From Gammaproteobacteria bacterium (GTDB lineage Bacteria; Pseudomonadota; Gammaproteobacteria; Steroidobacterales; UBA11654): a DNA stretch of 64,000 nt. Shown in pieces: positions 12,395 through 24,063 of the stretch (within the stretch, counting starts at the first letter, position 1; every line of letters begins with the position of its first letter). A model generated the notes under the pieces. That model saw nothing but the letters and a program-made list of their open reading frames with translations. It made no database searches and was not told the origin of the DNA. Made by a program: the position numbers and the translations under genes. Location: the NCBI GenBank assembly GCA_002717445.1, contig PBDY01000019.1, positions 36,568 through 100,567 of the forward strand, read 5' to 3'.

Positions 12395-12993
12395 TGTTAC
12401 TAGAAATCATATTTTATGTATTTGCATCAGTCCTTATCTGTGCTTCATTGGGCGTTATACTGTTTAAAAATCCTGTTTACTCTGCGTTTTCACTTATATT
12501 GGCTTTCATCACAACGGGACTATTGTGGTTGCTCCTTGAAGCCGAGTTTCTGGCGATAGTGCTTGTCCTTGTTTATGTGGGCGCTGTGATGGTCTTATTC
12601 TTATTTGTGATAATGATGTTGAATATTAATATCGAAGAGGAAAATTCAGGATTTACCAAAATAGCACCTATTGCAATCTTTCTAGGGTTGGTCATAGCTG
12701 CAGAACTGATTGCATTGTTTTGGATTCAGTCTGATCATTTTATCGGTGAAGCATCATTTTCAAGTTCAGATATATCTGCCAACAATACTCTGCTACTTGG
12801 GACAGAATTGTTTACTAAATATATCCTTTCGTTTGAGATTGCTGGTTTTATTCTTCTATTGGCAATTATTGTTTCTATTTCTCTGACACTTCGGTCAAGA
12901 AAAAATGTCAAAAAACAAGTTGCTAGAGACCAAATATCGGCTGATCCAAAAAAACGAGTCAGGATGGTTGATATCAAAAAAGGAGACATGTGA
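12391..12993 (+). CDS. nuoJ: NADH-quinone oxidoreductase subunit J
   Basis: [24 protein letters not shown]; operon position. Confidence 0.96.
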   Translation: MMLLEIIFYVFASVLICASLGVILFKNPVYSAFSLILAFITTGLLWLLLEAEFLAIVLVLVYVGAVMVLFLFVIMMLNINIEEENSGFTKIAPIAIFLGLVIAAELIALFWIQSDHFIGEASFSSSDISANNTLLLGTELFTKYILSFEIAGFILLLAIIVSISLTLRSRKNVKKQVARDQISADPKKRVRMVDIKKGDM

Positions 12994-13298
12994 TGGTTAC
13001 GTTGCAATCATACTTAACCTTATCCGCCCTCGTTTTCTCAATCGGCATTACTGGCATTATAATCAATCGAAAAAACATCATTATCGTAATGATGTGTACG
13101 GAATTACTATTGATATCTGTGAATTTTAATTTCATCGCTTTTTCACATCAATTACAGGATCTGTCGGGACAAGTCTTTGTCTTTTTTATTTTGACGGTTG
13201 CTGCTGCTGAAGCAGCAATCGGATTGGCAATTTTGGTTGCCTTATATCGCAACAAAAAATCAATTTCAGTCAGTGAACTGAATACACTGAGAAACTAA
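12993..13298 (+). CDS. nuoK: NADH-quinone oxidoreductase subunit K
   Basis: AGGAG RBS at 12981; [17 protein letters not shown] at 12990 is an alternative start. Confidence 0.95.
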   Translation: MVTLQSYLTLSALVFSIGITGIIINRKNIIIVMMCTELLLISVNFNFIAFSHQLQDLSGQVFVFFILTVAAAEAAIGLAILVALYRNKKSISVSELNTLRN

Positions 13299-13300
13299 CG

Positions 13301-15250
13301 ATGATCTTTGAGTACAGCCTAATTGCACTATTGTCTCCATTGGTTGGAAGCATTCTCGCTGCGTTTCTTGGAAAATCATTGGGAAAAACATTTGTCAATA
13401 CTTCCACCATACTGGGGGTAATGATCTCTTTTGTCCTCTCTTGCATCTTGGCACTAGAGATATATCAAACATCCACCGTTCTTAATCAAAACATATACAC
13501 CTGGTTGAATATTGGAAGCTTTTCGTTTCACATAGGATTTCTCATCGATAATTTGACGGCCAGCATGATGGTTGTGGTTACCTTCGTTTCGCTTATGGTT
13601 CACATTTATACCATTGGCTATATGCATGACGATCCTGGTTATCACCGTTTCTTTGCTTACATCAGTCTTTTTACATTTTCGATGCTGAGCTTAGTCATGG
13701 CCAATAACTTTCTGCAATTATTCTTTGGCTGGGAAGCGGTCGGAGTGATGTCTTACCTGTTGATTGGATTTTGGTACACCAAAGAATCTGCAATTAAAGC
13801 CAACCTAAAAGCTTTTTTGGTAAATAGAGTAGGGGACTTATCCATGATTCTTGGAATTGGCATAATATTCTCTATCACGGGCTCTTTGGACTACCAAACG
13901 ACATTCTTTGAATCACAAAACCTAGCTCAAACCGAGCTATTCTTCATCAATGAATGGAACATCTCTGCTCTGACAGCTTCTTGCATGCTTCTATTTGGAG
14001 GAGCCATGGGAAAATCGGCACAAATGCCACTTCATGTTTGGTTGCCCGACTCAATGGAAGGGCCAACACCGATCTCTGCTTTGATCCATGCTGCTACAAT
14101 GGTCACGGCTGGAGTATTCCTCCTTGCTCGAATGTCTCCTTTGTTTGAACTGTCATCCACTGCTTTATCGTTTGTGCTGATCATTGGTGCAACAACGGCA
14201 CTCTTTACGGGGATACTCGGTTTAATTCAGAACGATATTAAAAGAGTCATTGCTTACTCAACACTCTCTCAGCTTGGGTACATGGTCGCCGCTGCCGGAG
14301 TCTCCGCTTACTCCGTCAGTTTATTTCATTTAATGACTCATGCCTTCTTCAAAGCGTTACTTTTCTTGGCAGCTGGATCTGTAATCGTTGCATTGCATCA
14401 TGAGCAAGACATAAGAAAAATGGGAGGACTGAAAAGTAAACTTCCCATCACCTATGTGACCTCCTTGATCGGCTCTCTTGCCCTTATTGGTTTCCCAGGT
14501 TTTTCTGGATTTTTCTCTAAGGATGCATTGATTGAGGCAATCGGCCATGCAGATATATTTGGATCTGGATTTGCATACGCATCAGTGATAGTAGGAGTTT
14601 TTATCACTGCATTGTATTCATTCAGACTCTTCTTCAAAGTATTTCATGGAAGCATCAATGAACATCACAGTGATGTCAAAGAATCACCAGTGTCTATTAC
14701 TCTCCCGCTCATATTGCTTGCGATTCCATCGGTCATGGTTGCATGGCCAACAGTGGGTCCAATGGTTTTTGGTTCTTACTTTGCCACTAGCATTGCACAA
14801 CCTGATGCATATCAAATATTTGGTTATGAATACTCCACTGCTTATGGCTTTTTGGTTCATGCATTCTCAGGCCCGGTAATATATATTGCAATGATGGGCG
14901 TACTTACAGCGTATGTTTTATATATTCAGAAACCAAACATTCTTAAAGGTAAATCTTTTGAGTCAACATTCATTTATCGCCTTCTAGAGAATAAATACTA
15001 TTTCGATGATTTATATGAAGAAGTTATTGCAAAACAAGCACGAAATATCGGTCAAAGATTTTGGTCACTGGGAGACGTCAAAATCATTGATAATTGGATT
15101 GTGAATGGAACAGCTTATCGCATTGGAAATATTGCCAATCGAATCAAAGTCATTCAAACAGGGTACATCTACCACTATGTTTTGATGATGATCCTTGGTC
15201 TCGCAATCTTTTTGGGATGGACAATTATAAGTGCGGGGTATGCCTCGTGA
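13301..15250 (+). CDS. nuoL: NADH-quinone oxidoreductase subunit L
   Basis: GWEAVGVMSYLLIGFW, GKSAQMPLHVWLPDSMEGPTPISALIHAATMV, HAFFKALLFL. Confidence 0.98.
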   Translation: MIFEYSLIALLSPLVGSILAAFLGKSLGKTFVNTSTILGVMISFVLSCILALEIYQTSTVLNQNIYTWLNIGSFSFHIGFLIDNLTASMMVVVTFVSLMVHIYTIGYMHDDPGYHRFFAYISLFTFSMLSLVMANNFLQLFFGWEAVGVMSYLLIGFWYTKESAIKANLKAFLVNRVGDLSMILGIGIIFSITGSLDYQTTFFESQNLAQTELFFINEWNISALTASCMLLFGGAMGKSAQMPLHVWLPDSMEGPTPISALIHAATMVTAGVFLLARMSPLFELSSTALSFVLIIGATTALFTGILGLIQNDIKRVIAYSTLSQLGYMVAAAGVSAYSVSLFHLMTHAFFKALLFLAAGSVIVALHHEQDIRKMGGLKSKLPITYVTSLIGSLALIGFPGFSGFFSKDALIEAIGHADIFGSGFAYASVIVGVFITALYSFRLFFKVFHGSINEHHSDVKESPVSITLPLILLAIPSVMVAWPTVGPMVFGSYFATSIAQPDAYQIFGYEYSTAYGFLVHAFSGPVIYIAMMGVLTAYVLYIQKPNILKGKSFESTFIYRLLENKYYFDDLYEEVIAKQARNIGQRFWSLGDVKIIDNWIVNGTAYRIGNIANRIKVIQTGYIYHYVLMMILGLAIFLGWTIISAGYAS

Positions 15251-16746
15251 TTCTGGATTTAATGATATGGTCCCCAATCATGGTTGGGTTGATCATGCTT
15301 TTCATAAACGAGAAACACTCATCAATTGTATATTGGGTATCTGTCATTTCTTCACTATTAATATTCGGTTTGAGCTTATATGCTCTGTCATTATTTGATG
15401 ACAGCGGATCTGCAATCCAATTCGAGCTGAACACCTCTTGGATCGAGCGATTCAATATCAATTATCACCTTGGCGTCGATGGAATATCTTTTCCTCTTAT
15501 TCTTTTAACGACATTCATTACACCCATTGTTTTATTCACTGCCAGAACTTCAAATAAAACAAATCTTCACCAATATCTTGCGTCATTTCTAATCCTTGAG
15601 GGATTAATGATTGGAGTATTCAGTGCACTGGATGCGTTTTTGTTTTATGTCTTCTGGGAAGCCATGCTCATACCCATGTTCATCATCATTGGGGTATGGG
15701 GCGGCAAAAACCGCGTGTATGCAACAATCAAATTCTTCCTGTATACATTCCTAGGTTCTGTTTTTATGTTGATAGCAATCATTTATCTCTATATCAGCAC
15801 TGGATCATATTCGATATTTGATTTTTATAATCTTGATCTATCAAGAATTGAACAAGTATTGATATTCTTAGCTTTCTTGTTTGCTTTTGCCGTTAAAATT
15901 CCAATGTGGCCAGTGCATACATGGTTACCCGATGCTCACGTCGAAGCGCCGACTGGCGGTTCTGTCATTTTGGCAGCAATACTCCTAAAAATGGGTGGTT
16001 ATGGATTGCTGAGATTCAGCCTACCAATAACCCCAGATGCATCCAATGAATTGTCTCAAATCATGGTTGTATTGTCTTTGATTGCAATCATATACATTGG
16101 CATGGTTGCACTATCTCAAACCGATATGAAGAAACTCATTGCATATTCTTCTGTTGCTCATATGGGTTTTGTAACGTTAGGAACATTTGTGGTTTTTCTT
16201 AATCATGAAAATATCTCATCAGATAACATGACTCTAGCCATCAGCGGATCGATGATACAGATGGTCTCTCATGGCTTAATATCAGGTGCTTTATTTCTAT
16301 GCATAGGTGTTATGTATGACAGAATTCACAGTCGAGAGATAGACGACTATGGGGGTGTTGCGTTATCAATGCCAAAATTTGCTGGGCTCATGGTCTTTTT
16401 TGCACTTGCCAATGCTGCTTTACCAGGCACATCTGGTTTTGTGGGCGAAGTCTTGGTAATTTTTGCTAGTTTAAAGGTTAATTTCTGGATTGCATTTTTA
16501 TCGGGGTCAACGTTAATCATCGGTGCAGCTTATACACTATGGATGATTAAAAGAGTCATTTTTGGTCAAATTACCAATGAAAAGATCAGTGATATTGATG
16601 ATCTTAACGTCACTGAATTCATTCCTCTAATGATTCTGGCAGTTATGGTTATAGCCATGGGAATATACCCAGAGCCCCTAATGAAACTGATGCATGATTC
16701 ACTCATCGGTTTATCAGAGACTGTGATTAAGGGTGCAGGATTATGA
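15247..16746 (+). CDS. nuoM: NADH-quinone oxidoreductase subunit M (start moved to GTG 15247, GTGA overlap)
   Basis: FYVFWEAMLIPM, HTWLPDAHVEAPTGGS, KKLIAYSSVAHMG, LPGTSGFVGE. Confidence 0.96.
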   Translation: MILDLMIWSPIMVGLIMLFINEKHSSIVYWVSVISSLLIFGLSLYALSLFDDSGSAIQFELNTSWIERFNINYHLGVDGISFPLILLTTFITPIVLFTARTSNKTNLHQYLASFLILEGLMIGVFSALDAFLFYVFWEAMLIPMFIIIGVWGGKNRVYATIKFFLYTFLGSVFMLIAIIYLYISTGSYSIFDFYNLDLSRIEQVLIFLAFLFAFAVKIPMWPVHTWLPDAHVEAPTGGSVILAAILLKMGGYGLLRFSLPITPDASNELSQIMVVLSLIAIIYIGMVALSQTDMKKLIAYSSVAHMGFVTLGTFVVFLNHENISSDNMTLAISGSMIQMVSHGLISGALFLCIGVMYDRIHSREIDDYGGVALSMPKFAGLMVFFALANAALPGTSGFVGEVLVIFASLKVNFWIAFLSGSTLIIGAAYTLWMIKRVIFGQITNEKISDIDDLNVTEFIPLMILAVMVIAMGIYPEPLMKLMHDSLIGLSETVIKGAGL

Positions 16747-18176
16747 CATTCAATATCATTGGATTTATTTTGCCGGAAATCACAATTGCTTTCGGCATAT
16801 GTACTGTAATATTAGTCAATAGTCTTTCAAAGAAGGCCTCTATTGGCCTAATACACTCACTCATACTGTTCTTCTTGGTATTAGCGTTATTTTTCTCCTT
16901 TGTCAGTCTAGAGATACCCGATAGGATCATCTTCAACGGGCACTATATGATTGACTCCTTTGGTACCAATCTGAAGATCATTGCACTGATAGCTGCAATT
17001 CTGGTTCACCTAACATCTGTTAAGTCAAAGCAGAACATCAAAAATGAAATCTTCCTCGTTCAATTATTTGCAACATTAGGGGTACTGATTCTTTGTTCGG
17101 CTCACAACCTTCTTACTGTTTATCTTGGTTTGGAAACATTAACCTTGTCCATGTATGGGATAGTCGCCTCCAATAGAAGTTCAGTCGATGCCACCGAATC
17201 GGCCATGAAGTTCTTCATATTGGGCGCCATTGCGTCTGCAATATTTTTATACGGCATATCAATACTCTATGGTGTCACTGGAACCTTATCGCTCGATTCA
17301 CTTAAGGAATTAGTAATCATATCGTCCCTAGAAATTCGAATTGCCGTGGCATTCATCGCTTGTGGAATTATATTTAAATTTGGTGCTTTCCCATTTCATA
17401 GCTGGGTCCCAGATTCATATCAAGGCTCTAATACAACAGCAGCAATCTATATCTCATCTGTACCTAAGCTTGGTGCTTTTGCATTAATATCGAGATTATT
17501 CTTGGATGCTCTAAATGCCATGAGTGAGTTTTGGTCAGTTCTCATCTTGTCTGCAGGACTTTTTTCAATAATCATTGGCAACTTAATTGCATTGATGCAA
17601 ATCAATCTCAGACGAATGTTGGCATATTCAGCAATTGGCCATATAGGTTTTGTTCTATTGTCATTTTCAATAGTCAGTGACACCGGAGTCAGCGCATCCC
17701 TAACTTACTTGCTGATGTATTTAATTATGACAATCGCAGCATTTGGATTAATTGAGTCCATTGCTTCAGAGGATCATCAACATATTGAACTGAGTGACTT
17801 AAAGGGACTGAGCAAATCACACCCATCCGTTGCCTTCATGCTCTTATTTTGTATGTTCAGCATGGTAGGAATTCCACCATTTATCGGTTTTTATGCAAAG
17901 TGGATGGTTCTATCAGAACTCATCTACAATGACTGGATCTGGCTTGCAATAATAGGGGTAATCATGTCGGTGATTGCAGCCTACTTTTACTTAAGAGTTG
18001 TTTGGTTTATGTATTTCGAAAATGCCGACCAACCAATAGAGAACAAAGGGTTAAAAAACACTCAATCTATAACAACCCTATTATTATCTCTCATGCTTTT
18101 TCTCATCGGGCTTTACCCCAATCCAATCATTGATTACACACGCATCATTATTTCTTCATTTCTATTGATAGATTAA
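16743..18176 (+). CDS. nuoN: NADH-quinone oxidoreductase subunit N
   Basis: ESAMKFFILG, FKFGAFPFHSWVPD, RRMLAYSAIGH, GIPPFIGFYAK. Confidence 0.96.
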   Translation: MTFNIIGFILPEITIAFGICTVILVNSLSKKASIGLIHSLILFFLVLALFFSFVSLEIPDRIIFNGHYMIDSFGTNLKIIALIAAILVHLTSVKSKQNIKNEIFLVQLFATLGVLILCSAHNLLTVYLGLETLTLSMYGIVASNRSSVDATESAMKFFILGAIASAIFLYGISILYGVTGTLSLDSLKELVIISSLEIRIAVAFIACGIIFKFGAFPFHSWVPDSYQGSNTTAAIYISSVPKLGAFALISRLFLDALNAMSEFWSVLILSAGLFSIIIGNLIALMQINLRRMLAYSAIGHIGFVLLSFSIVSDTGVSASLTYLLMYLIMTIAAFGLIESIASEDHQHIELSDLKGLSKSHPSVAFMLLFCMFSMVGIPPFIGFYAKWMVLSELIYNDWIWLAIIGVIMSVIAAYFYLRVVWFMYFENADQPIENKGLKNTQSITTLLLSLMLFLIGLYPNPIIDYTRIIISSFLLID

Positions 18177-18204
18177 TCAAAAAAGATTAGTATCTTCCCA
18201 CAGA

Positions 18205-18281
18205 TGCGGGGTGGAGCAGTCTGGCAGCTCGTCGGGCTCATAACCCGAAGGTCGCAGGTTCAAATCCTGCCCCCGCTACCA
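18205..18281 (+). tRNA. Initiator tRNA-Met(CAT)
   Basis: Anticodon arm TCGGG-CTCATAA-CCCGA with three G-C pairs, mismatched 1:72 pair, encoded CCA; upstream of rimP-nusA-infB as for metY. Confidence 0.96.
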
Positions 18282-18292
18282 ATTATTTGGTT

Positions 18293-18318
18293 AGGCCCCT
18301 TCTGGGGCTTTATTTTTG
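18293..18318 (+). terminator. Putative intrinsic terminator or attenuator after tRNA-fMet
   Basis: AGGCCCC-TTCT-GGGGCTT hairpin followed by TATTTTTG. Confidence 0.65.
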
Positions 18319-18327
18319 TGTATGTGA

Positions 18328-18780
18328 ATGAATGAAATAAGAAAAAACTTAGAAGAAACATTGCTTGATCTAATAAACGGAAAAGGATTCGAGTTGATCG
18401 AAATTGAGCAGCGCAGCCTTAGGAAAGGCGTTAAGATTGTTATTTATATTGATCATGAGCTGGGCATTGTAATGGACGACTGTGTTTCAATATCAAAGAT
18501 GTCTGAAGACATCATCGATGAATTCATAGATCCTGAAAGCTATGAATTAGAAGTTTCGTCTCCAGGGCTTGATAGGAAATTAATTAAGAAAGAGGATTTT
18601 GACCGATACAAAGGAAAGACAATCAAAATTAAACTAAAAGAAAAAATGAATGATCGCAAAAATTTTAAAGGGGTGCTTGCTGACAGAAGAGGGGACTTGG
18701 TCTTTCTAGAAGATGACGAAGTGTTTGAAATTCCAATGGATAGAATTGACATATGTCGAATTGTTCCACAATTTAATTAA
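18328..18780 (+). CDS. rimP: Ribosome maturation factor RimP
   Basis: DDCVSIS, YELEVSSPGLDR, RKNFKG; upstream of nusA. Confidence 0.93.
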   Translation: MNEIRKNLEETLLDLINGKGFELIEIEQRSLRKGVKIVIYIDHELGIVMDDCVSISKMSEDIIDEFIDPESYELEVSSPGLDRKLIKKEDFDRYKGKTIKIKLKEKMNDRKNFKGVLADRRGDLVFLEDDEVFEIPMDRIDICRIVPQFN

Positions 18781-18794
18781 AGAGGTGAATATAA

Positions 18795-20303
18795 ATGATC
18801 ACGGATATCATTAATGTAGTTGACACACTATCTGAGGCAAAAGATGTCGAAAGAGATGTAATTTTCGAAGCCATTGAAAATGCATTGGAATCAACTACTA
18901 AGAAAAAATACACAGAAAACATGGATGTTAAAGTCACCATTGATCGTGAGTCTGGTGATTATAAAACATATCAGAGATGGATGGTTTTTGCTGATGACTC
19001 CAGAGAGTTAGAAGATCCAGACTATGAGCTAAGAATGCTTGATGCCGTTGATATCGATAAAGATGCCAGAGAAGGTGAATATATCTATCAGGAGATTGAG
19101 TCTGTTGATTTAGATAGCAGAATAGGAGCTCAAATAGCAAAGCAAGTCATTGTTCAAAAAGTAAGAGAAGCAGAGAAAAAGAAAGTCATTGATCTTTATC
19201 ATGATCGTTTAGGTGAAGTCTTAAGTGGTGTTGTAAAAAGGGTTGATCGGAATGGTTTTTACGTGGATGTTGGGAATAACGCTGAAGCATTTTTACCCAG
19301 AAGAGAATCCATAGCAAAAGAGGCCATTCGGCCTCAAGACAGAATCAAGGCTCTATTAAAGGATATTAATGATGATATGAAAGGACCTCCGCTGATATTA
19401 TCCAGGGTGAGTCCGGGGTTTTTAATCGAGTTATTCAAAATAGAAGTTCCCGAAATCAATCAAAACTTAATCGAAATCGTGGCGGCTTCAAGAGATCCTG
19501 GTTCAAGGGCTAAAATTGCAGTTAGGTCAGACGATAAGAGGATCGATGCTGTTGGTGCTTGTGTAGGCATGCGAGGGTCAAGAGTGCAATCCGTCTCAAA
19601 TGAATTAAATGGTGAGAGAATAGACATTATTTTATGGTCAGAAAATACCGCCCAGTTTGTTGTGAATGCAATGTCACCAGCAAACGTCGTATCAATCGTA
19701 GTCGATGAAGAAAATCAAAGCATGGATATTGCTGTTGAAGAAGCTAAATTATCACAAGCAATTGGTAAGGGAGGTCAGAATATTAGACTCGCAAGCGAAT
19801 TGACTCAATGGAAACTCAATGTTCTGAGTGAAACTGAAGCATTGGAAAAAGACGACGAAGAAATACAAAAAGTTACTGATTTATTTGTAGAATCACTATC
19901 AGTGGGTGAAGATGTAGCCATACTTCTCGCACAAGAAGGCTTTACCACAATTGAGCAAGTGGCATATGTCCCTGTAACTGAGCTTCAAAAAATACAAGGC
20001 TTTGATGAAACACTTGTTAACGAACTAAGGGAGAGAGCTCAAGATCAACTTCTGCTAGAGGCAATTTCAACAGAAGAGAGTCTTGAAGAGCATGGCCCGT
20101 CTGATGACTTATTAGCGCTTAATTCTGTCACAGAAGAATTGGCATATTCGCTTGCTCGTGCAGGAATTAATACTAAAAATCTTTTGGCAGAACAATCAGT
20201 CGATGAGTTGATTGAAATAGATGAAATCAATGAAGAAATGGCATCTTCCATGATATTAGAAGCCAGAGAAGATTGGTTTAAAGAAGGCAAAATAGAGAGT
20301 TAA
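18795..20303 (+). CDS. nusA: Transcription termination/antitermination factor NusA
   Basis: AKQVIVQKVREAE, RDPGSRAKIAV, GACVGMRGSRV, AIGKGGQNIRLA, acidic C-terminal repeats. Confidence 0.97.
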   Translation: MITDIINVVDTLSEAKDVERDVIFEAIENALESTTKKKYTENMDVKVTIDRESGDYKTYQRWMVFADDSRELEDPDYELRMLDAVDIDKDAREGEYIYQEIESVDLDSRIGAQIAKQVIVQKVREAEKKKVIDLYHDRLGEVLSGVVKRVDRNGFYVDVGNNAEAFLPRRESIAKEAIRPQDRIKALLKDINDDMKGPPLILSRVSPGFLIELFKIEVPEINQNLIEIVAASRDPGSRAKIAVRSDDKRIDAVGACVGMRGSRVQSVSNELNGERIDIILWSENTAQFVVNAMSPANVVSIVVDEENQSMDIAVEEAKLSQAIGKGGQNIRLASELTQWKLNVLSETEALEKDDEEIQKVTDLFVESLSVGEDVAILLAQEGFTTIEQVAYVPVTELQKIQGFDETLVNELRERAQDQLLLEAISTEESLEEHGPSDDLLALNSVTEELAYSLARAGINTKNLLAEQSVDELIEIDEINEEMASSMILEAREDWFKEGKIES

Positions 20304-20321
20304 AAAAATTAGGAATTAATT

Positions 20322-22742
20322 ATGTCTACCACAACAGTATCTAAATTAGCAACGGCACTTAAGATTGAGCCTGAAAAACTGATTGCTCAACTCAATGATG
20401 CCGGAATCATTGTCTCAGTTGAAACAGATACCATCACCAATGATCAAAAATTAACTCTTTTGAATCATCTCCGAGGAAGTCATGGAACAAAGACAGAGAT
20501 TAAATCGCCAAAAAAACTGACTGTTAACAGAAGGTCGCAAAGTGAATTAAAGCTTTCAGGTGGTTTTGGTACATCAAGAACAGTGAATGTTGAGGTCAGA
20601 AAAAAGGCGACCTATGTGAATAAGGATTCTTTATTAGAAGAGGCTAAAGAAGCAGAGGAAATAGAAAGGCTGGCCAAAGAAGCTGCAGAGAAAGAAGCGC
20701 AAGAAGATGCAAAAAGAAAAGTTGAGGAAGCTAAGTCCACAGAGTTAAATCCTCAAGCAGAACAAGTTGCTGATCCCATTCAAGCCCCTGAATCTCAAAA
20801 TATCAATGATCCTATTAAAGATAAAGCAAAGAAGAAATGGAAAAAAACTAAACATGAAAAACCATCGGATCCATTTGAAATGAAGGAGCTTCATGTTAAA
20901 GGCAATGTTAAAAGAAGAAAAAAGAGACAAGTCAGGCGATCAGTAAATTTATCATCAATAGATCAATCACATTCATTTGAAAAACCCACACAGCCGGTTG
21001 TTAAATCCATTGAAATTCCAACTTCAATTTCACCACAAGAGATTGCTCAGAAACTTGCCATGAAAGTCAGCGAGGTTATTTCTGTGATGATTGGTCAAGG
21101 CATTATGGCAACTGGAAACGATCACATCGATCAAGATACTGCGATTTTAGTTATTGAGGAGCTTGGTCACAAAGCTATACCAATGGATGAAAGATCTGTC
21201 GAGGATTCTGTATTTGATGAACAGATCAATGAAAATGATGCACTCAAACGACCGCCCGTTGTTACGATAATGGGCCATGTCGACCATGGAAAAACTTCAT
21301 TACTTGATTATATAAGAAAATCTAAAGTGACCGACGGCGAAGCTGGCGGAATAACTCAACACATTGGAGCCTATACCATCGATGTTAAAGAACAGCGAAT
21401 AACTTTCCTAGATACTCCAGGGCATGCAGCATTCTCACAAATGAGATCGAGGGGAGCAAATATTACCGATATTGTGATTTTAGTTGTTTCTGCTGACGAT
21501 GGTGTGAAACCTCAAACAGAAGAAGCTATTGAGCATGCGAGAAATGCTGACGTTCCCATCATTGTTGCGATCAATAAAATTGATAAACCTGAAGCCAATC
21601 CAGAGAAAGTTAAGAATGAATTAATGGGTCTTGAGATTATTCCTGAAGAATTAGGAGGCGATGTATTATTCGTAAATGTTTCTGCGCTCAATGGGGATGG
21701 TGTTGACCATTTACTTGAATCCATTCTTTTGCAATCTGAAGTCCTTGAATTAACCGCACCGTTTGAAGGCAGACCAATTGGAAGCGTAATTGAATCTGGA
21801 GTTGAGAGTGGCAAAGGTCCTGTTGCAACTGTCCTTGTCAGTGAAGGTAGATTAAACAAAGGGGATTTAGTTATTGTTGGTGAGGAGTATGGAAAGGCGC
21901 GAATTCTACTGAATGAAATGGGCGAAGAACTGACTGAAGCAAACCCATCTATGCCTGTAAAGGTCTATGGGTTATCGGGAGCACCCAATACAGGTGATGA
22001 GCTCAGACAAGCAGATTCAGAAAGGCAAGCTAAAGAGATCAGCGATTCCAGAAAAGAAAATAGAAAGAAAAATACTCTTAATGAAAAACAAGCACAGAAG
22101 ATGAAATCTTTTATGGAATCTTCCGGTACAGACAAAAAAGTTATCTCCGTGATGATTAAGGCAGATGTAAGGGGAAGCGCTGAAGCCATCAAAGATTCAT
22201 TATTGAATCTCTCAAATGAAGAAGTCGACGTTGATATCATCTCAAACTCAATTGGAGGAATTACAGAATCTGACCTAAACCTTGCAGATGCATCAAATGC
22301 TTTTGTCATTGGATTCAATGTACGCGCTGATAATACAGCGAGAAAGTTGCTCAAAGATTCATCTGTTGAAGTCAAGTACTACAGCATAATTTATGAAACC
22401 ATCGAAGACATCAGTAACATGATCTCTGGCTTATCTGCTCCTATTATTAGAGAAGAGATTTGTGGTTTAGCAGAAGTCAGGGATGTTTTCGATTCACCAT
22501 CATTAGGTAAGATTGCCGGGTGTTTGGTGATTGATGGAACCGTCATTAGAGCAAATCCTATTCGAGTACTGAGAGACAACACTGTTATTTACGAAGGTGA
22601 GCTTGAATCCTTAAGACGATTTAAAGATGATGTCAATGAGGTAAAATCGGGGACAGAATGTGGCATTGGTGTAAAAAACTACAACGATGTAAAAGTTGGT
22701 GATCAAATCGAATGTTACCGAACGATAGAAGTCAAAAAATAA
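20322..22742 (+). CDS. infB: Translation initiation factor IF-2
   Basis: [41 protein letters not shown]. Confidence 0.98.
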   Translation: MSTTTVSKLATALKIEPEKLIAQLNDAGIIVSVETDTITNDQKLTLLNHLRGSHGTKTEIKSPKKLTVNRRSQSELKLSGGFGTSRTVNVEVRKKATYVNKDSLLEEAKEAEEIERLAKEAAEKEAQEDAKRKVEEAKSTELNPQAEQVADPIQAPESQNINDPIKDKAKKKWKKTKHEKPSDPFEMKELHVKGNVKRRKKRQVRRSVNLSSIDQSHSFEKPTQPVVKSIEIPTSISPQEIAQKLAMKVSEVISVMIGQGIMATGNDHIDQDTAILVIEELGHKAIPMDERSVEDSVFDEQINENDALKRPPVVTIMGHVDHGKTSLLDYIRKSKVTDGEAGGITQHIGAYTIDVKEQRITFLDTPGHAAFSQMRSRGANITDIVILVVSADDGVKPQTEEAIEHARNADVPIIVAINKIDKPEANPEKVKNELMGLEIIPEELGGDVLFVNVSALNGDGVDHLLESILLQSEVLELTAPFEGRPIGSVIESGVESGKGPVATVLVSEGRLNKGDLVIVGEEYGKARILLNEMGEELTEANPSMPVKVYGLSGAPNTGDELRQADSERQAKEISDSRKENRKKNTLNEKQAQKMKSFMESSGTDKKVISVMIKADVRGSAEAIKDSLLNLSNEEVDVDIISNSIGGITESDLNLADASNAFVIGFNVRADNTARKLLKDSSVEVKYYSIIYETIEDISNMISGLSAPIIREEICGLAEVRDVFDSPSLGKIAGCLVIDGTVIRANPIRVLRDNTVIYEGELESLRRFKDDVNEVKSGTECGIGVKNYNDVKVGDQIECYRTIEVKK

Positions 22743-22743
22743 G

Positions 22744-23109
22744 ATGGGAAATGATTTTTCCATCAATTCAAGAGTTGAGTCAAAAATTCATAGAATCATT
22801 AGCGAAACAGTCATTCACGACATCAAAGATCCAAGGTTAAAAAATGTATCCATCAATGAAGTTAGGTTATCGAGTGATCTTAGCCATGCAAAAATTTATT
22901 GTTCACCAATAGGAATATCTGAATCCGATTCCAATAAAGTAATTGGCTTAATGACTAAGGCATCAGGGATTTTTAAAAGAAATATCGGGCAAAGAGTTTC
23001 ACTAAAAAAAATACCTGAACTGAATTTTATCTTCGATGATCATGAGAAATACGCCAATCAGCTTTCAGATTTAATTGATAGCACTATAAAAAATGACTCA
23101 GAAAAATAA
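22744..23109 (+). CDS. rbfA: Ribosome-binding factor A
   Basis: IKDPRL, EVRLSSDLSHAKIY, IPELNFIFD; infB-rbfA-truB synteny. Confidence 0.92.
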   Translation: MGNDFSINSRVESKIHRIISETVIHDIKDPRLKNVSINEVRLSSDLSHAKIYCSPIGISESDSNKVIGLMTKASGIFKRNIGQRVSLKKIPELNFIFDDHEKYANQLSDLIDSTIKNDSEK

Positions 23110-23992
23110 TATTGACGGGATTCTTCTTTTGGATAAGCCAACGATGATGAGCTCCAATCAAGCAATCCAAAGGATTAAGAAAAAATTTAATATCAATAAG
23201 CTCGGCCATACAGGTACTCTAGATCCTCTAGCAACAGGACTATTGCCAGTCTGCATGGGTAGAGCAACCAGGGTTTCTCAATTCTTGATCGATTCAGATA
23301 AAACATACCAAGCAACAATAAGACTGGGAATAAAAACCTCCACCGGGGATAAGGAAGGGGAAATCATTGAAAAAGCGCCGTACGATATACCTAATGCTGG
23401 TTCTAAGATTGGTGAAATACTAGAATCGTTCATCGGAAAGCAAAACCAAATACCACCAATGTTTTCTGCTCTGAAACATAAAGGGCAAAGATTATATAAA
23501 TTAGCAGCAAAAGGAATAGACGTCCAAAGAAAACCCAGGTCGATACACATCCATTCAATTCATTTAATCTCCTTTGAGAGCGATTGCCTTGAGTTAATAA
23601 TAGAGTGCAGTAAGGGCACTTATATAAGAACTCTTGCTGAGGATATAGCCGCCAAATTAAACACAGTAGGACACATTGATCAACTTCGTAGATCAAATAT
23701 TAAATGCTTCAATGAACAAAGCATGTTCACTTTAGAGGAGATAATTAGCTCAGAGATTATTGAGCCTTTTCTATTGCCTATGGATACGCCATTGAAACAT
23801 TTCATAAAAACGAAAGTTAGCGAATCAGAATCGTCAATGTTTTCGAATGGTTTGTCTATTTCAAAAAACCTAAATTCTATCGATGGCGATCATTACATAA
23901 GAGTTTATGATGCAAAAAGTATATTTCTTGGATTGGCACAATATTCCGATGGTTTTCTAAAACCTAAAATGGTTTTTAACAATACGAATTAG
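23093..23992 (+). CDS. truB: tRNA pseudouridine(55) synthase
   Basis: GHTGTLDPLATG, QIPPMFSALK, CSKGTYIRTLAED. Confidence 0.97.
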   Translation: MTQKNNIDGILLLDKPTMMSSNQAIQRIKKKFNINKLGHTGTLDPLATGLLPVCMGRATRVSQFLIDSDKTYQATIRLGIKTSTGDKEGEIIEKAPYDIPNAGSKIGEILESFIGKQNQIPPMFSALKHKGQRLYKLAAKGIDVQRKPRSIHIHSIHLISFESDCLELIIECSKGTYIRTLAEDIAAKLNTVGHIDQLRRSNIKCFNEQSMFTLEEIISSEIIEPFLLPMDTPLKHFIKTKVSESESSMFSNGLSISKNLNSIDGDHYIRVYDAKSIFLGLAQYSDGFLKPKMVFNNTN

Positions 23993-24004
23993 TTCATTAA
24001 CTTG

Positions 24005-24032
24005 TTGTTGTAATGATTAAACTATGTAGAAT
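24005..24032 (+). promoter_or_regulatory. Putative sigma70 promoter of rpsO
   Basis: TTGTTG-N16-TAGAAT, ending 31 bp before the rpsO ATG. Confidence 0.4.
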
Positions 24033-24063
24033 AGCGACTTGAAATTATTAAAAAATACAAGAT

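Noticed and set aside
15094-15246. Apparent 51-aa N-terminal extension of NuoM
   Set aside because: It lies inside nuoL; the GTGA-coupled start at 15247 gives a normal NuoM.
21512-22582. Long antisense ORFs opposite infB (similar ones oppose smc, ligA, gyrA and rpsA)
   Set aside because: Shadow frames of conserved genes; Ser/Phe/Leu-rich translations with no motifs.
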